Shown here piece after piece: positions 12,420 through 24,438 of a stretch of 64,000 nt of DNA. The number at the start of each line of letters is the position of its first letter. Within the stretch, counting starts at the first letter, position 1. The DNA comes from Pristiophorus japonicus (lineage: Eukaryota). The stretch lies in assembly GCF_044704955.1 (NCBI RefSeq), contig NC_091977.1, forward strand, positions 193,936,001 through 194,000,000. The letters run 5' to 3'. The position numbers were made by a program, and so were the translations under genes. The notes under the pieces were generated by a model that saw nothing but the letters and a program-made list of their open reading frames with translations, had not been told where the DNA came from and ran no database searches.

Positions 12420-13205
12420 ACCAGATACCAGGGCTTAAAGAGTTAAATTATGAAGCCAGATTCCATACACCTGGTTTATATTCCCTTTCAAGTTTAGAAG
12501 GTTGAGGGGTGATATAACTTGAGGTTTTTAAAATCATAAAGATATGCAATAGGGCAGATATATAGAAACATAGAAAATAGGTGCAGGAGCAGGCCATTCA
12601 GCCCTTCTAGCCTGCACCGCCATTCAATGAGTTCATGGCTGAACATGAAACTTCAGTACCGCCTTCCTGCTTTCTCGCCATACCCCTTGATCCCCCGAGT
12701 AGTAAGGACTACATCTAACTCCCTTTTGAATATATTTAGTGAATTGGCCCCAACCACTTTCTGTGGTAGAGAATTCCACAGGTTCACCACTCTCTGGGTG
12801 AAGAAGTCTCTCCTCATCTCGGTCCTAAATGGCTTACCCCTTATCCTTAGACTGTGACCCCTGGTTCTGGACTTCCCCAACATTGGGAACATTCTTCCTG
12901 CATTTAACCTGTCTAAACCTGTCAGGATTTTAAACGTTTCTATGAGGTATCTGTATCTTCTGGTGGGGGCTGCAGAACAAATGGGCATAACCTTAAAATT
13001 AGAGCTATGCCAACTCGGAGTGAAATGAGGAAGCACTTTTTCACACAAAGGGTAGTGAAAATCTGGAACTCTTTCCCTGGAAAGATGCTGGTTCAATTGA
13101 AATTTTCAAGACTGAGATCGATAGATTTTTTTTTAGTTATTGGTACCAAGGGGAAAGTGCAAAGGTGGGTAAATGGAGTTAAGGTACAGATCAGCTATGA
13201 TCTAA
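12420..13205. mobile_element. Older + strand CR1 3' fragment interrupted by a younger minus-strand CR1 3' end (about 12565-12948)
   Basis: Two oppositely oriented ORF2 C-termini (LIETFKIL..RGHSL..FFTQRVVNLWNSLP on minus; FFTQRVVKIWNS on +) with HER1-like tails. Confidence 0.8.
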
Positions 13206-13477
13206 TGCAGAGGAGTGGGCTAAATATGACCCGTGGGCTGCATCCGACCCACCAGTTCATTCTATCCAGCCCACTGGAGCTCGAACTGCACATTCATCTG
13301 AGTCTTGCGAGGGGGAACCTGAGGAGAACTCATTAAGGGTTACTGCAGCCTGGGAGTAGGCTGCGGTCCTGAAGCCGGGCAATTAAAAAAAAATTAAGCT
13401 GCCGGGACTGCTGCTATATATCTGCTGCAGATCTGGTTCCTTTTGTGTCTGAGCCGACCAAATGTTTTTTTTTGTTC

Positions 13478-15745
13478 CAGGATGTGGGCGTTGCTGGCAA
13501 GACCAGCATTTATTGCCCATCTTTAATTGCCCTTGAGAAGGTGGTGGTGAGCCGCCTTCCTGAGCCGCTACAGTCCGGCTAGTTAAGGTACTCCCACAGT
13601 GCTGTTAGGGAGGGAGTTTCAGGATTTTGACCCAGTGACGATGAAGGAATGGCGATATATTTCCAAGTCAGATGGTGTGTAACTTGGAGGGGAACTTGCG
13701 GGTGATGGTGTTTCCATGTGCATGCTGCCCTTGCCCCTCTAGGTGGTAGAGGTCGCGGGTTTGGGAGGTGCTGCCGAAGAAACCTTGGTGAGTTGCTGCA
13801 ATGCATCTTATAGATGGTACACACTGCAGCCACGGTACGTCCGTGATGGAGGGAGTGAACGTTTAAGGTGGTGGATGGGGCGCCAATCAAGTGGGCTGCT
13901 TTGTCCTGGATGGTGTTGAGCTTCTTGAGTGTTGTTGGAGCTGCACTCATCCAGGCAAGTGGAGAGTATTCCATCACACTCCTGATTTGTACTTTGTAGA
14001 TGGTGGAACATAATAACATGACATAAGAAATAGGAGCAGGAGTAGGCCATTTGGCCCCTCAAGCCTGCTCCGCCATTTACTAAGATCATGGCTGGCCTGA
14101 AAGGATTGGAAAGGCTTTGGGGAGTCAGAAGGTGAGACCTAGTCTCTGACCTGCTCTTGTTGCCACAGTATTTATGTGGCTTTTTCTGTTATTTTTCTGA
14201 TCAGTGGTGACCCTCCAGGATGTTGATGGGGGGATTCGGCGATTGTAATGCCGTTGAATGTCAAGGGGAGGTGGTTAGACTCTCGCTTGTGGAGGTTATC
14301 ATTGTCTGCCACTTGTGTGGCGCAAATGTTATTTGATACTTATCAGCCTAAGCCTGAATGTGGTCCAGGTGTTGCTGCATGCGGGAATGGACTGCTTCAT
14401 TTTTTGAGGAGTTGCGAATGGTACTGAGCACTCAACAATCATCAGCAAACATTCCCACTTCTGATCTTATGATGGGGGGAAGCAGCTGAAGATGGTTGGG
14501 TCTAGGACACTGCCCTGAGGAACTCATGCAGTGATGTCCTGGGGCTGAGATGATTGACCTCCAATCACCACAACCATCTTCCTTTGTGTTAGGTATGACT
14601 CTAGCCAGTGGAGAGTTTTCCCCCTATTTCCCATTAACTTCACTTTTACTAGGGCTCCTTGATGTCACACTGACAAATGCTGCCTTGATGTCAAGGGCTG
14701 TCACTCTAACCTCACCTCTGGAATTTAACTCTTTTGTCCATGTTTGAACCAAGGCTGTAAGGAGGTCTGGAGTTAAGTTGTCCTGGTGGAACTGGAACAG
14801 CTTGACTAGAGGCACTTCAAGTTCCGGAGCACAAGTTTTCAGCACGACAGCCGGGATGTTGTTGGGGCCCATAGCCTTTGCTGTATCCAGTGCGCTCAGC
14901 TGTTTCTTGATACCATGTGAAGTGAATCGAATTGGCTGAAGACTGATTTCTGTGATGGTGGGGACCTCAGGAGGAGGCCGATATGAATCATCCACTCGGC
15001 ACTTCTGGCTGCAGATGGTTGCAAACACTTCAGCCTTGTATTGTGCACTTGCGTGCTGGGCTCCACCATCACTGAGATGAGAATATTCACAGAGCCTCCT
15101 CCTCCTCCCATTAGTTGTTTAATTGTCCACCACCATTCACGACTGAATGTGGCAGGACTGCAGAGCTTTGATCTGATCCATTGATTGTGGGATTGCTTAG
15201 CTCTGTCTATAGCATGGTGCTTTCATTGTTTAACATGCATGTAGTTCTGTGTTGCAACTTCCCCAGGTTGACACCTCATTTTTAGGTATACCTGGCGCTG
15301 CTCCTGGCATGCTCTTCTACAATCCTCATTGAACCAGGGTTGGTCCCCTGGCTTGATGGTAATGGTAGACTGAGGGATATGCCGGGCCATGAGGTTACAG
15401 ATTGTGGTGGACTACAATTCTGCTGCTGATGATGGCCCACAGCGCCTCATGGATGCCCAGTTTTGAGCTGCTAGATCTGTTCTGAATCTATCCCATTTAG
15501 CACAGTGGTAATGCCACATAACATGATGGAGAGTGTCCTCAGTGTGAAAATGGGACTTCGTCTCCACAGGGACCGTGTGGTGGTCACTGCTCCTAATGCT
15601 GACATGAACAGATGCATCTGCGACCGATAGATTGGTGAGGACAAGTAGGTTTATCCCTCATGTTGGTTCTCTCACCACCTGCCGCAGCTCTGTCCTTCAG
15701 GATTCAGCCAGCTCGATCAGTAGTGGTGCTGCTGAGCCACTCTTT
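13478..15745 (-). mobile_element. CR1/L2-group LINE of a second family, internally deleted ORF2 fragments plus 3' tail
   Basis: KAMGP.NIPAVVLKTCAPEL, EVRVTALDIKAAF and RSVMEYSPLAWMSAAPTTLKKL..IQDKAA RT-region peptides, with tail GGGCAATTAAAGATGGGCAATAAATGCTGG. A small HER1-like tail is inserted at about 14010-14098. Confidence 0.8.
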
Positions 15746-15954
15746 GTCTGCGGCTCTCTCCCACTCTGGCTCTATGCACCACTTTTCTAAATCCTGCCAA
15801 ATCAGCCGCTCATCGCTGGCTGATGGGGGTGCTGCTGTGCGCACTGAACGTTCCGCCTCTGTCGAGTCATGGCTGCTCATCTCGACAACTCTTAGTTTTA
15901 CTGAAGAATGAGACCAGCACTGCATCTTTCCTGTCCCGGAATTTACTCCACTCT

Positions 15955-16062
15955 GAGCCCTGAACTCACCCCACACTCTCCGAGTTGATCACCTCATATT
16001 CTCCGACCCCTGAATTCACCCCACACTCCGAACCCTGAACAAACCCCACCCTGAACCCTGAC
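15955..16062. repeat. Short degenerate minisatellite (CCCTGAAYTCACCCCACACT-like)
   Basis: About four imperfect copies of ccctgaa..accccac. Confidence 0.5.
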
Positions 16063-16224
16063 AACTTTTAGAATGTTAATGATGGTCTCAGTGTTGTGGG
16101 AGGGACAGCAGCCAGACTAAAGGGATTCAAATAGCGATCTGTGTCAGGTGGGAACAGTTGCCTAACATGAAGCATGTGTTCAACAGCTGTTTATAAGTGT
16201 CTTTCTTTAAAGCCTAAAGCCCAC

Positions 16225-17985
16225 CTGGAATATCTTGTGCTGATGGAGCAGGAGGGGATAGCTTGGCCGCGATTCTCCCTACCTCGGTGCATCTGTGACA
16301 GGCGATATCGGTGGTGAGTCCCAGCCTCGCTTCTGACCCAGACCCGCTGTGTAGAATGATTTTATCCTGATAGGACTTTTTAAGCCCACTTAGCGCATTC
16401 GCCGGCCAATTGAAGGAAGCGGGGCTGATGATGTAATTTGATGACATGTCAATATCGGTTCCTTAAAGGGACCATGCACAAATTTAGTTTAACAGTGGTG
16501 CTGTCAATGTTCTACAGCATAGAGGTGCAGAGCTGCACCCAGACTCTCCCATGACTCCCTCCAGATGAGTATGGAGGGAGTCATAGCATGCAGGGGGGTT
16601 CTTTTCCCTTCCAGTGGGTGGAAGAGACCTCCCCAGGAGGCCAACACAGTCTGGTTGTACATTGCACAGGAGGACGCAAACAGCGATCTGGTCAGAAGGA
16701 CTAGGCTGCACTGGTGCAAACCTTCCAATGATCTCAGTAGATCACGAAACATTTGTACAAAGCCACACTCAATCTCATCCTGCTGTGCCACTCTTCACAT
16801 CCCCATCACTCTGCCTTCCCTACCCTACTCCTGCACATCCTTACTCACACCAAGTTACCTTGCACCTCCACCCATCTCTCTATCTACATTATCGCTTCCC
16901 CATCTCACTAGCCACCCTTCACACTCACCCTCATCCTAGTGCAACCATACCAGCTAACAACACACAAGGGTAGGCACTTGGCTGTTTTATGCAATGTTCA
17001 TGCAAAGTTTATATTAATGTGCCGTCAAACATTGAACCTTTTATTTTCAACACGTTGCGTTCTTGGACAGATTTGTCTGCATCTTTGGAAGTGGCTTAGT
17101 GAGTTGCAGTGAATGGTGAGACATAACGGTACCCCCCGCAATGGTGTGAAAAGAATGGCTTGAGCACTGTAGGGATGCTTTATGGTGTTGGTGTGGAATG
17201 GTGCCAACCTGACACATCATGTGGCAGCCAGGGTGTACAGCATCAACTGAAGTAAATCTGACCATGGTGGGGCCATCCCTGGAGTCCCGGGCAGCGATAT
17301 GGTCAGGTGTTAATGCCCTGTATCCTGTGCAGCATCAGTTGATTTCGGAGAAGGTTGTTGGTGCTGCTGGTGTGCCTGGTGCTGTTGGTGTTGGTGTTGG
17401 GGCTGATTGTGGTGGAATTCTGAGGACCAAGGTGAGATAGTTTCAAGGGTACAGATGCTGATGTAATAGATGGCAGGTGAACTTGAGATGACAGAAGCGA
17501 TCTGTCAGTGGTGAGAGATGTTGTTCCAATGAGGTGACACTGGATGGAGCATTTACTTCAAACAATTGCAAGCTGTATAAAGCTCAGTCTGTGTTTCAAA
17601 TGCAGTAAGCAACAGCTTCTGAGCTTGGAAAGTGGAAAGCTGTGAGATAAGAGCTTTAATAGCACATTTGCAGCTGTCAAGCAATGAAATTATTCCATGG
17701 CCATTCAACTCCCGACCTACTTACCTGACATGATCTCCGAGCAGCGTGGACTCCGTGGACGACCTGGTAAACTCTGAAGGTGAGCTCAAAATCGATCTTA
17801 ATGGTCTTTTAACAAGGTCATAATGATCTGAATTGCCTCCCCCGCCGCTGCATGTCGGGGTCTGCTCAGAGTTCACAGACCCGACATTTGGGAAAGATGC
17901 GGGGTCCTGACCCGCAATAAAATAAAAACACTTTCCCACCTGACCCACCACCGATCGCGCACGCTGACACCCCCGCAAATTTCTT
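16225..17985 (+). mobile_element. Old Harbinger derivative with a Myb/SANT exon remnant (about 16529-16750)
   Basis: RAAPRLSHDSLQMSMEGVIACRGVLFPSSGWKRP..WLYIAQE..VRRTRLHWCKPSNDLSRS resembles the Myb exon at 44412-44675. Element boundaries are approximate. Confidence 0.6.
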
Positions 17986-19840
17986 GAGTTTCCCTACTGT
18001 CTCTCAGCTAATCATCAGGATACAGTCTGTGCTCCTTGTCGTCTGTATCCTATGTTTTGAGGTCCAGATGCTGTATAACACTAGGCCTTAACTGCTGTTT
18101 TCTTTTCCACAATAGTAAAGTAACTATTCATTTTTTGGAGAAATGCACTTGTCAAATTGAATTATAGCAAAATTTAAAGGAGTGGATAAGTTTTGAGTTC
18201 TGCTACATTATCCTCCCTCCCTGCACTTCTCCAGAGAAATATAACTTCAATTTTTATTCAATAGTAGCAGGTCTTGTCAGGTACTGGTCAGGGGGAACGC
18301 CCCCTCTGATTGGGAAAATATTGAAATTTCTCTGCCCAAGTGCAAAGCTCAGGAGCTGAGGGAAATGGGGATGGAACATTCAGTTCAAACTTTCTTCCAA
18401 TACTTCTGTCTTGTATTCACAGCAAAACAAAAACAGTTTCCATAAGCAGACAGTGATTGGAAATCTGTGCTCTTATATTGAGTTGCATATCAAGGATTAA
18501 TTATAGTATACTGGAGATCACATGGGATGCCCACCAAATTCCCCCGTTCCTTTGGAAATGCAGGCTAATGCTTACAGACTAAAACTTATAGAATGATTTA
18601 CAGGTTGAATAATATAGATGCAGTAAGAGAACAGCACATAAACATTCTATAGAATCAGTCCAGAAGTGGTTAAAGTACCTATTTAGAATGTATTTCTTGC
18701 ACAGTTTAATAGAAATGAGATTTTTGGATGAGCCAATCTTAGAAACAGAGAAATTTACAGCGCAGAAGGAGGCCATTTCAGCCCGTTATGTCCGCACCGG
18801 CCGACAAAGAGTCACACAGCCCTCGGTCAGCAGCTCTGAAGATTACATATGAACCTATGAACAATGAACAGCGGCAGAAAGGTAAAGAGCATCCTGCCCA
18901 ACCAGTCCGCCCACACAACTGCGATACACCATGCATCGCAACATTTTACACTCTATCCTAACCGGAGCCATGCGATCTCCTGGGAGAGACAAAAAACAGA
19001 TAAAAACCCAGGCCAATTGGGGGAAAAAAATCTGGGAAAATTCCTCTCCGACCCATTCAGGTGATCGAAACTAATCCAGGTGATCGAAACTAGTCCAGGA
19101 GATCGCTCTGGCCATGTTCAATTCCCTGCAGTACTTACCATCGCATCTGCGCCAGCCAACAAGAGGTTATCCAGTCTAATCCCACTTACCAGCTCTAGGT
19201 CTGTAACCCTGCAGGTTATGACACTTCAAGTGCCCATCCAAGCACCTTTTAAATGTGGTGAGGATTTCTGCCTCTACCACCCTTCCAGGCAGTGAGTTCC
19301 AGACCCCCACAACCCCCTGCGTGAAGAAGCTTCCCCTCAAATCCCCTCTAAACCTTACACCAACCACTTTAAAACTATGCCCTCTCGTAATTGACCTCTC
19401 CACCAAGGGAAATAGACCCTTGCTATCCACTATATCCAGGCCCCTCAAAATTTTATACACCTCAATGAGGTCTCCTCTCAGCCTCCTCTGTTCCAAGGAG
19501 AACAAACCCAGCCTATCCAATCTGTCCTCAAAGCTAAGATTCTTCATTCCAGGCAGCATCCTCGTAAATCTCCTCTGCACCCTCTCCAGTGCAATCACAT
19601 CCTTCTTATAATACGGTGTTCAGAACTGCACAGTATTCCAGCTGTGGCCTAACCAGAATATTATGCAATTTAAACATAACCTCCCTGCTCTTATATTCTA
19701 TGCCTCGGTCAATAAAGGCAAGCATTCCGTATGCCTTCTTAACCACCTTATCCATCTGGCCTGCTACTATCAGGGATCTGTGGACAAGCACTCAAAGGTC
19801 CCTTTGTTTATCTAGACTTCGAAGTGGCCTACCGTTTAAT

Positions 19841-22303
19841 GGGCCCAAATTTCCCCAGCCGCCTACAGCGGCGTAGTTAGCCATGGTACGCCGACTCTGT
19901 GGGGCAAAAAACGCGCCAAAAATGTACCTCCTACTTTGGCCGCTCCTTCGTTCTGTTCCAGTGGCGTGGCGCTGCAGGGCCTGTGGGGGAGGGGGGGGGG
20001 GTGAAGTTTTGGCTGCGCTCACTCAGCGTAGCCGGCGGAGCTTGGGCCCAGCATCTCCTTGAGTGCCGGCAGGGGGACGCATGTCCGTTTCAGCATACGT
20101 GCATGCGCAATGGAGCAGGAAGCTTGGCAATTGGCCAATTAAAGGGAGAGCGTCCTTAGTGCCTCAGCATCATTGGCAATGGACCATATATAAAGGTAAG
20201 TTGTGAATAGTGATTTTTGGGTGGCTGAGGGAGTGGAAAGGAGTGCTGCATAGGTGGAAGAAAGGTGAGAACTGTTATTTTTCAAGATTGTAAGTCCAAT
20301 ACATCAATGACGCAAGAGCATGCAACAAGAACAAAGAATTTCCTCCATGAGGAAGTGGAGAAACTAGTCACTGTCATTGAGGACAAATGGCTGGAGCTGG
20401 ATATCAGTAAGAGTGGTCCACAGAAGTTCCACCCAAAGAAATGAGAAGACGATGAAACCTAGTTGCAGAAGAATACTCCGCTGGGGTGACTACCGCAAGA
20501 TCTGGAAGCCAGTGCAAAAAGAAATGGCAGGACGTTGTTCAAGTAGTGAGTGTAAGTAATATCTTAATCTTTAAATGGAATTGCAATTGTAAATGTGAGC
20601 ATCTGTATATGTCCCACCCATCAGAAGCGCACCATGTGCGAAAAGTTATATTTTCATCTTTGCAGAAGAAATTGGCCCACAATAAAAGGGAAAGACTTAG
20701 AACAGGAGTAGGGCCGCCAAATCTGCACCAACTATCACCCCTGGAACAGAGGGTTCCTGCCTTCCTGAGTCGCACCTGCAGGAAAAGAATCAGCTCTACA
20801 CAAGCTGGACCCACACGCGAGGGTGAGGGTGAGTCACTAAAATGTATCGTCGCCCTTCAAATCAACCTGCCGACTGGCCTGCTACGCGTCAGACTACTCA
20901 TACCACCCATCCTGCCCCTCCTGTGCTGCCAACTATTTGACTGTTCTGTTGTCTTTTGCAGAAGAAGAAGATAATCTTGAACATCCTGAAGATCCACCAG
21001 AAGATCCAGATATGTGCGCTCCAGACCGTGGCGGGGGAGGGGTCCATGGAAATGTGTTCACGGGACAATGCTGATCGCGATATGGATCAGTCCATAGTAC
21101 AGGGCATCACACTGCCAGAAACCTCCATGAGCTCCGCGGCGATATTCCATGGTTTCACACCTTTCGAGGTTGCGGGTTCCAGTGGCGGTGGTGAAATGCA
21201 TGTTGGAACACCCAGTGCTCCACCATCCCAGCCTGCGCCACACACTGGAGGGGTGCCACTAGGCAGACCCACGGCAAGGGGAAGGAGAAGCCGACCTGTC
21301 TCTCCTGGGATGCAGCCTTCATCAGATGTTAATCAGGTTATGTCATTGGGTGAGGAGACCAATGACCTTACAAGATCACTTGTGGCGACCGTCAGTGGGT
21401 GCGTGATGAGGTGGCGACACTGTCGGGAGAAGTATCAGCACTGAGACGGGAAGTGAGGGCGGGCATTGCAGAGGGCATGTAAACGATGGCAGATGCCATG
21501 AGGTAGCTAGCTGCTGCAATAAGGGCTCAAAGGCCGAATACTCAAAGGCCGAATACACCAGCCACCGGTGAGACCCAAGCCGGGCTTCCAATCCCCCCCA
21601 CCTCCATCACTGACCCTATGAGGAAGTGCACTTACCCCGAGATGTGGGCGAGAGATGGGTGCAGCCTTTCTTTGCTGTTGTTCTTGTTGTGGAAGTGCAT
21701 TGTAAACTTTCCAATAAAAGATTTTTTGCATTATAACTGAATCATGTTCCATTATCACCACACATTTAGGAACAACTGTGGAAAAAAAACATCCCTCACC
21801 CCTATCGTCATGCGTGCCTGCTGCCCCTAGCCCTGGTGGGAGGGCTAGCCGGTGCGTTCTGCAGTCGGCAAGGCAGGACTGCTCTATTTTCAGCAGCTGA
21901 TTTATCTTTCATTTATTTTTGATAATGTTGTGAAGATGTTGTGCTGATGCTGTGAAGGTGTTTCGTGCTTTCGAATCCTCTAACTCATCTTCCCGCCCAC
22001 CTATCTCTGGCTACCTACCTGATTTCTTAAATGTAGGTAAGGTTTTTCTGTGTCTACAAAAGTGGCCACATACACTGGCCTAAGTTAATTTGGAATAACT
22101 TTTAGCTGGCCATATTTGCTTCTATGGTGTAAGTGGCTGGTCACGCCCCCTTTTGGAGAAAAAAAAACTAAACGAAAATAAAACCTAACTAACTGACTTA
22201 CACTGGAGCAAGTTAAATGGGGAGATTTGCGATTTTTAAGTTGCTCCAAAAAAAGCTACTTGCTCCAAAAAAAGCGGGGCAACTCCTGGGGAAATTTAAG
22301 CCC
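19841..22303 (+). mobile_element. Harbinger derivative carrying only the Myb/SANT partner gene
   Basis: TIRs GGGCCCAAATTTCCCCAG and (reverse complement) GGGCTTAAATTTCCCCAG, flanked by aat/tat and inserted into a CR1. No transposase motifs. Confidence 0.9.
20307..21650 (+). pseudogene. Harbinger Myb/SANT-like protein, three exons (20307-20551, 20666-20828, 20962 to about 21650)
   Basis: MTQEHATRTKNFLHEEVEKLVTVIE...RSGSQCKKKWQDVVQVVS|GTAAGT; TGCAG|KKLAHNKRERLRTGVGPP..LSPLEQRV|GTGAGT; TGCAG|acidic exon 3. Frameshifts are present. Confidence 0.85.
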
Positions 22304-22465
22304 TATGTGTATACCCTTGCTCTCCCCAAGTGCATTACCTCACACTTCTCCAAATCAAATTCCATTTGCCACTGTTCTGCCCACCTAACCAGTAGATTGA
22401 TATCCTCTTGCAGTCCATGACTTTCCTCTTCATTATCAACCACACAGCCAATTTTAGTGTCATAT

Positions 22466-22870
22466 GAACATAAGAAATAGGAGCAGGATTAGGCCACCTA
22501 GCCCTTCGAGCCTGCTCCACCATTTAATAAGATCATGGCTGATCTGATCATGGACTCAGCTCCACTTCCCTGCCCTCTCTCCATAACCCTTTATTCCCTT
22601 ATCACTCAAAAATCTGTCTATCACAGTCTTAAATATATTCAATGACCCAGCCTCCTCAGCCCTCTCGGGCAGAGAATTCCATAGATTTACAACCCTCTGA
22701 TGCAGCGTATTGACTCCAGTTGCTGCTCAAACTCCAAAACGCAGAGTTCGAGTAGTTGAAGCTGGAGACACCTCCTGCACACATGGTTGTCTAGGCCGCA
22801 TGAAGCATCCAGAACTTCCCACATGCCGCAGGACATGCACTCCACAGGACTGAGCTGCCCTGCCATCCCT
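22466..22870 (-). mobile_element. CR1 3' end (22466-22700) abutting a CR1 ORF1 N-terminal fragment (about 22700-22870)
   Basis: HER1-like tail, plus MAGQLSPVECMSCGMWEV, which resembles the zinc-finger start of the CR1 ORF1 at 37476. Confidence 0.65.
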
Positions 22871-23656
22871 CTAATTGGACTTATCTGATTATAAAAGAGG
22901 AGAGATACTTACCAGTCAAACAGCCAATCACTTACCTGCCTGGACGAGGGCTGTGAGCTCCTCGCCAGAAGTGAACTCCTCGCCGACCTCTGGGCCTTCT
23001 ACTCCTCAGACTGACCTCTTCTGTGGAGCTTAGTGATACGATGTTTCATGTGGATGGCATGAATTTCCAGTCTACAAAATGTGGATCTCCAGTCAGAATT
23101 GAAGACTTGAAAACGTTTTGCTTTTCGCTGTTTTCAAGTACAGGCCCTGAAGTCTGAGTTTGTTTGATTATCCTTAATCATCCATAATTAAAGACACAAT
23201 GGTGCAAACTAATGTATGTGATGCTGATGGACAGCTGTTTCCACGTTGTCCCAATCTCTCATGTATGCTACTGTTTTGTCTGTATACAATTTAATTAGTA
23301 TCCACAGCTGTAGTATCGTGACTAATCTCCAGATCAATCAATCTGGCCTGTTGCTTGTAAACAACCTGACTAGGTCTAACTGGTTACATGAATCAATCTC
23401 CACTGCCACAGAAATAATGCAATTCTTTCAGAGATATAGCTGGCAGATGCCATTTTTATATAAGACCTATCCTTATCGTCGGGCATTAAATAAAATATAA
23501 TATAACACTGAAATTCTTGAGTGTCGGAGTACTGACAGGATTATTTCCATTGAAAATCTGTTCTATGCGTTTTTTCCAAAATGTATATGAAAGCCAGTGT
23601 GCCTTCTGCACATGCATTTATCACAGTACACTAATGTTGATATGTTTATTTTACAG

Positions 23657-23822
23657 CTCATTCTACCCAATGTTAATGTGGTGTTGAAATATTTTGATCT
23701 TGGTCTCCCAAATCGAGATAAAACAACTGACCGGGTAACCATTGAGTCTGCGTTGGCAACACAAAAATATGGAGTTGCAGTGAAATGTGCCACCATTACA
23801 CCAGATGAAGCCCGTATGGAAG
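23657..23822 (+). CDS. IDH2: Isocitrate dehydrogenase [NADP], mitochondrial: exon equivalent to exon 3
   Basis: ttacag|[56 protein letters not shown]|gtat; 166 bp, phase 0/1. Confidence 0.96.
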
Positions 23823-24004
23823 GTATATGATTGAGACAAATTTATTTTTAAAATAATAGGTAGCCAGTTGGCTACATAATCAGAATGAATAGTCCAGCAA
23901 AGTGTTTGTTGTCAAAATTCAAACAAGTACTTTAATCTTTCTGCTTTCAATACCATAGATTTTTTTTCCTTTTGCATGAAATGGATAAATACCATTCGCG
24001 ATGA

Positions 24005-24400
24005 CTAATGACGGCGAACTGTCAGCGTACACCATCATTACTGCCCCCACCCCCGAAACTGACCGTAACTTCAGGATTTAGCATAAGTGTAGCTAAACAT
24101 GGAAATCTTGAAGTTGCGAGATCTTTGTGGGCAGCTTTCTTTGAGGTAGGCAGCGAGTGCCGTCGCTTCACCGCTGACCGCAAATTACGGGTGAAAATTG
24201 TGTGTGTGGAAATGTGTGTCCTTGTCTTTCTAAGCACAAGTGTCCTGTTGTGCATGTTTTTACCTTGTGAAGTTTTCTGTGTGTGTGTACTTGCCACGTG
24301 AATGCAATAATTAATGCTATAACCAGCCTGTTCATTCTTGCGCAATTGGTTGTCCAAACTTTGTTTGGAAAATCTGTTTGCTAATAAAAGGAGTTGGCAT
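24005..24400. mobile_element. Degraded MITE remnant related to 7066-7783 and 26854-27554
   Basis: GGATTTAGCAT..GGAAATCTTGAAGTTGCG resembles 7668-7713. TATAACCAGCCTGTTCATTCTTGCGCAATT resembles 26928-26957. Confidence 0.4.
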
Positions 24401-24438
24401 TTATATTCTACAACACCGAGTTCTGTCTCTCTGAACGT

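Larger units (their letters stand above)
18741..22465 (-). mobile_element. CR1 LINE 3' portion with a long 3' UTR, split by the Harbinger at 19841-22303
   Basis: ORF2 peptides (KAYGMLAFI.RGIEYKSREV, LERVQRRFTRMLPG..WNSLP) at 19176-19830. The RT sequence resumes at 22304 (DDTKIG region). Confidence 0.85.

Noticed and set aside
21526-21555. Tandem 15-bp duplication CTCAAAGGCCGAATA (and a similar 19-bp one at about 19061-19098)
   Set aside because: Ordinary slippage duplications inside decayed elements.
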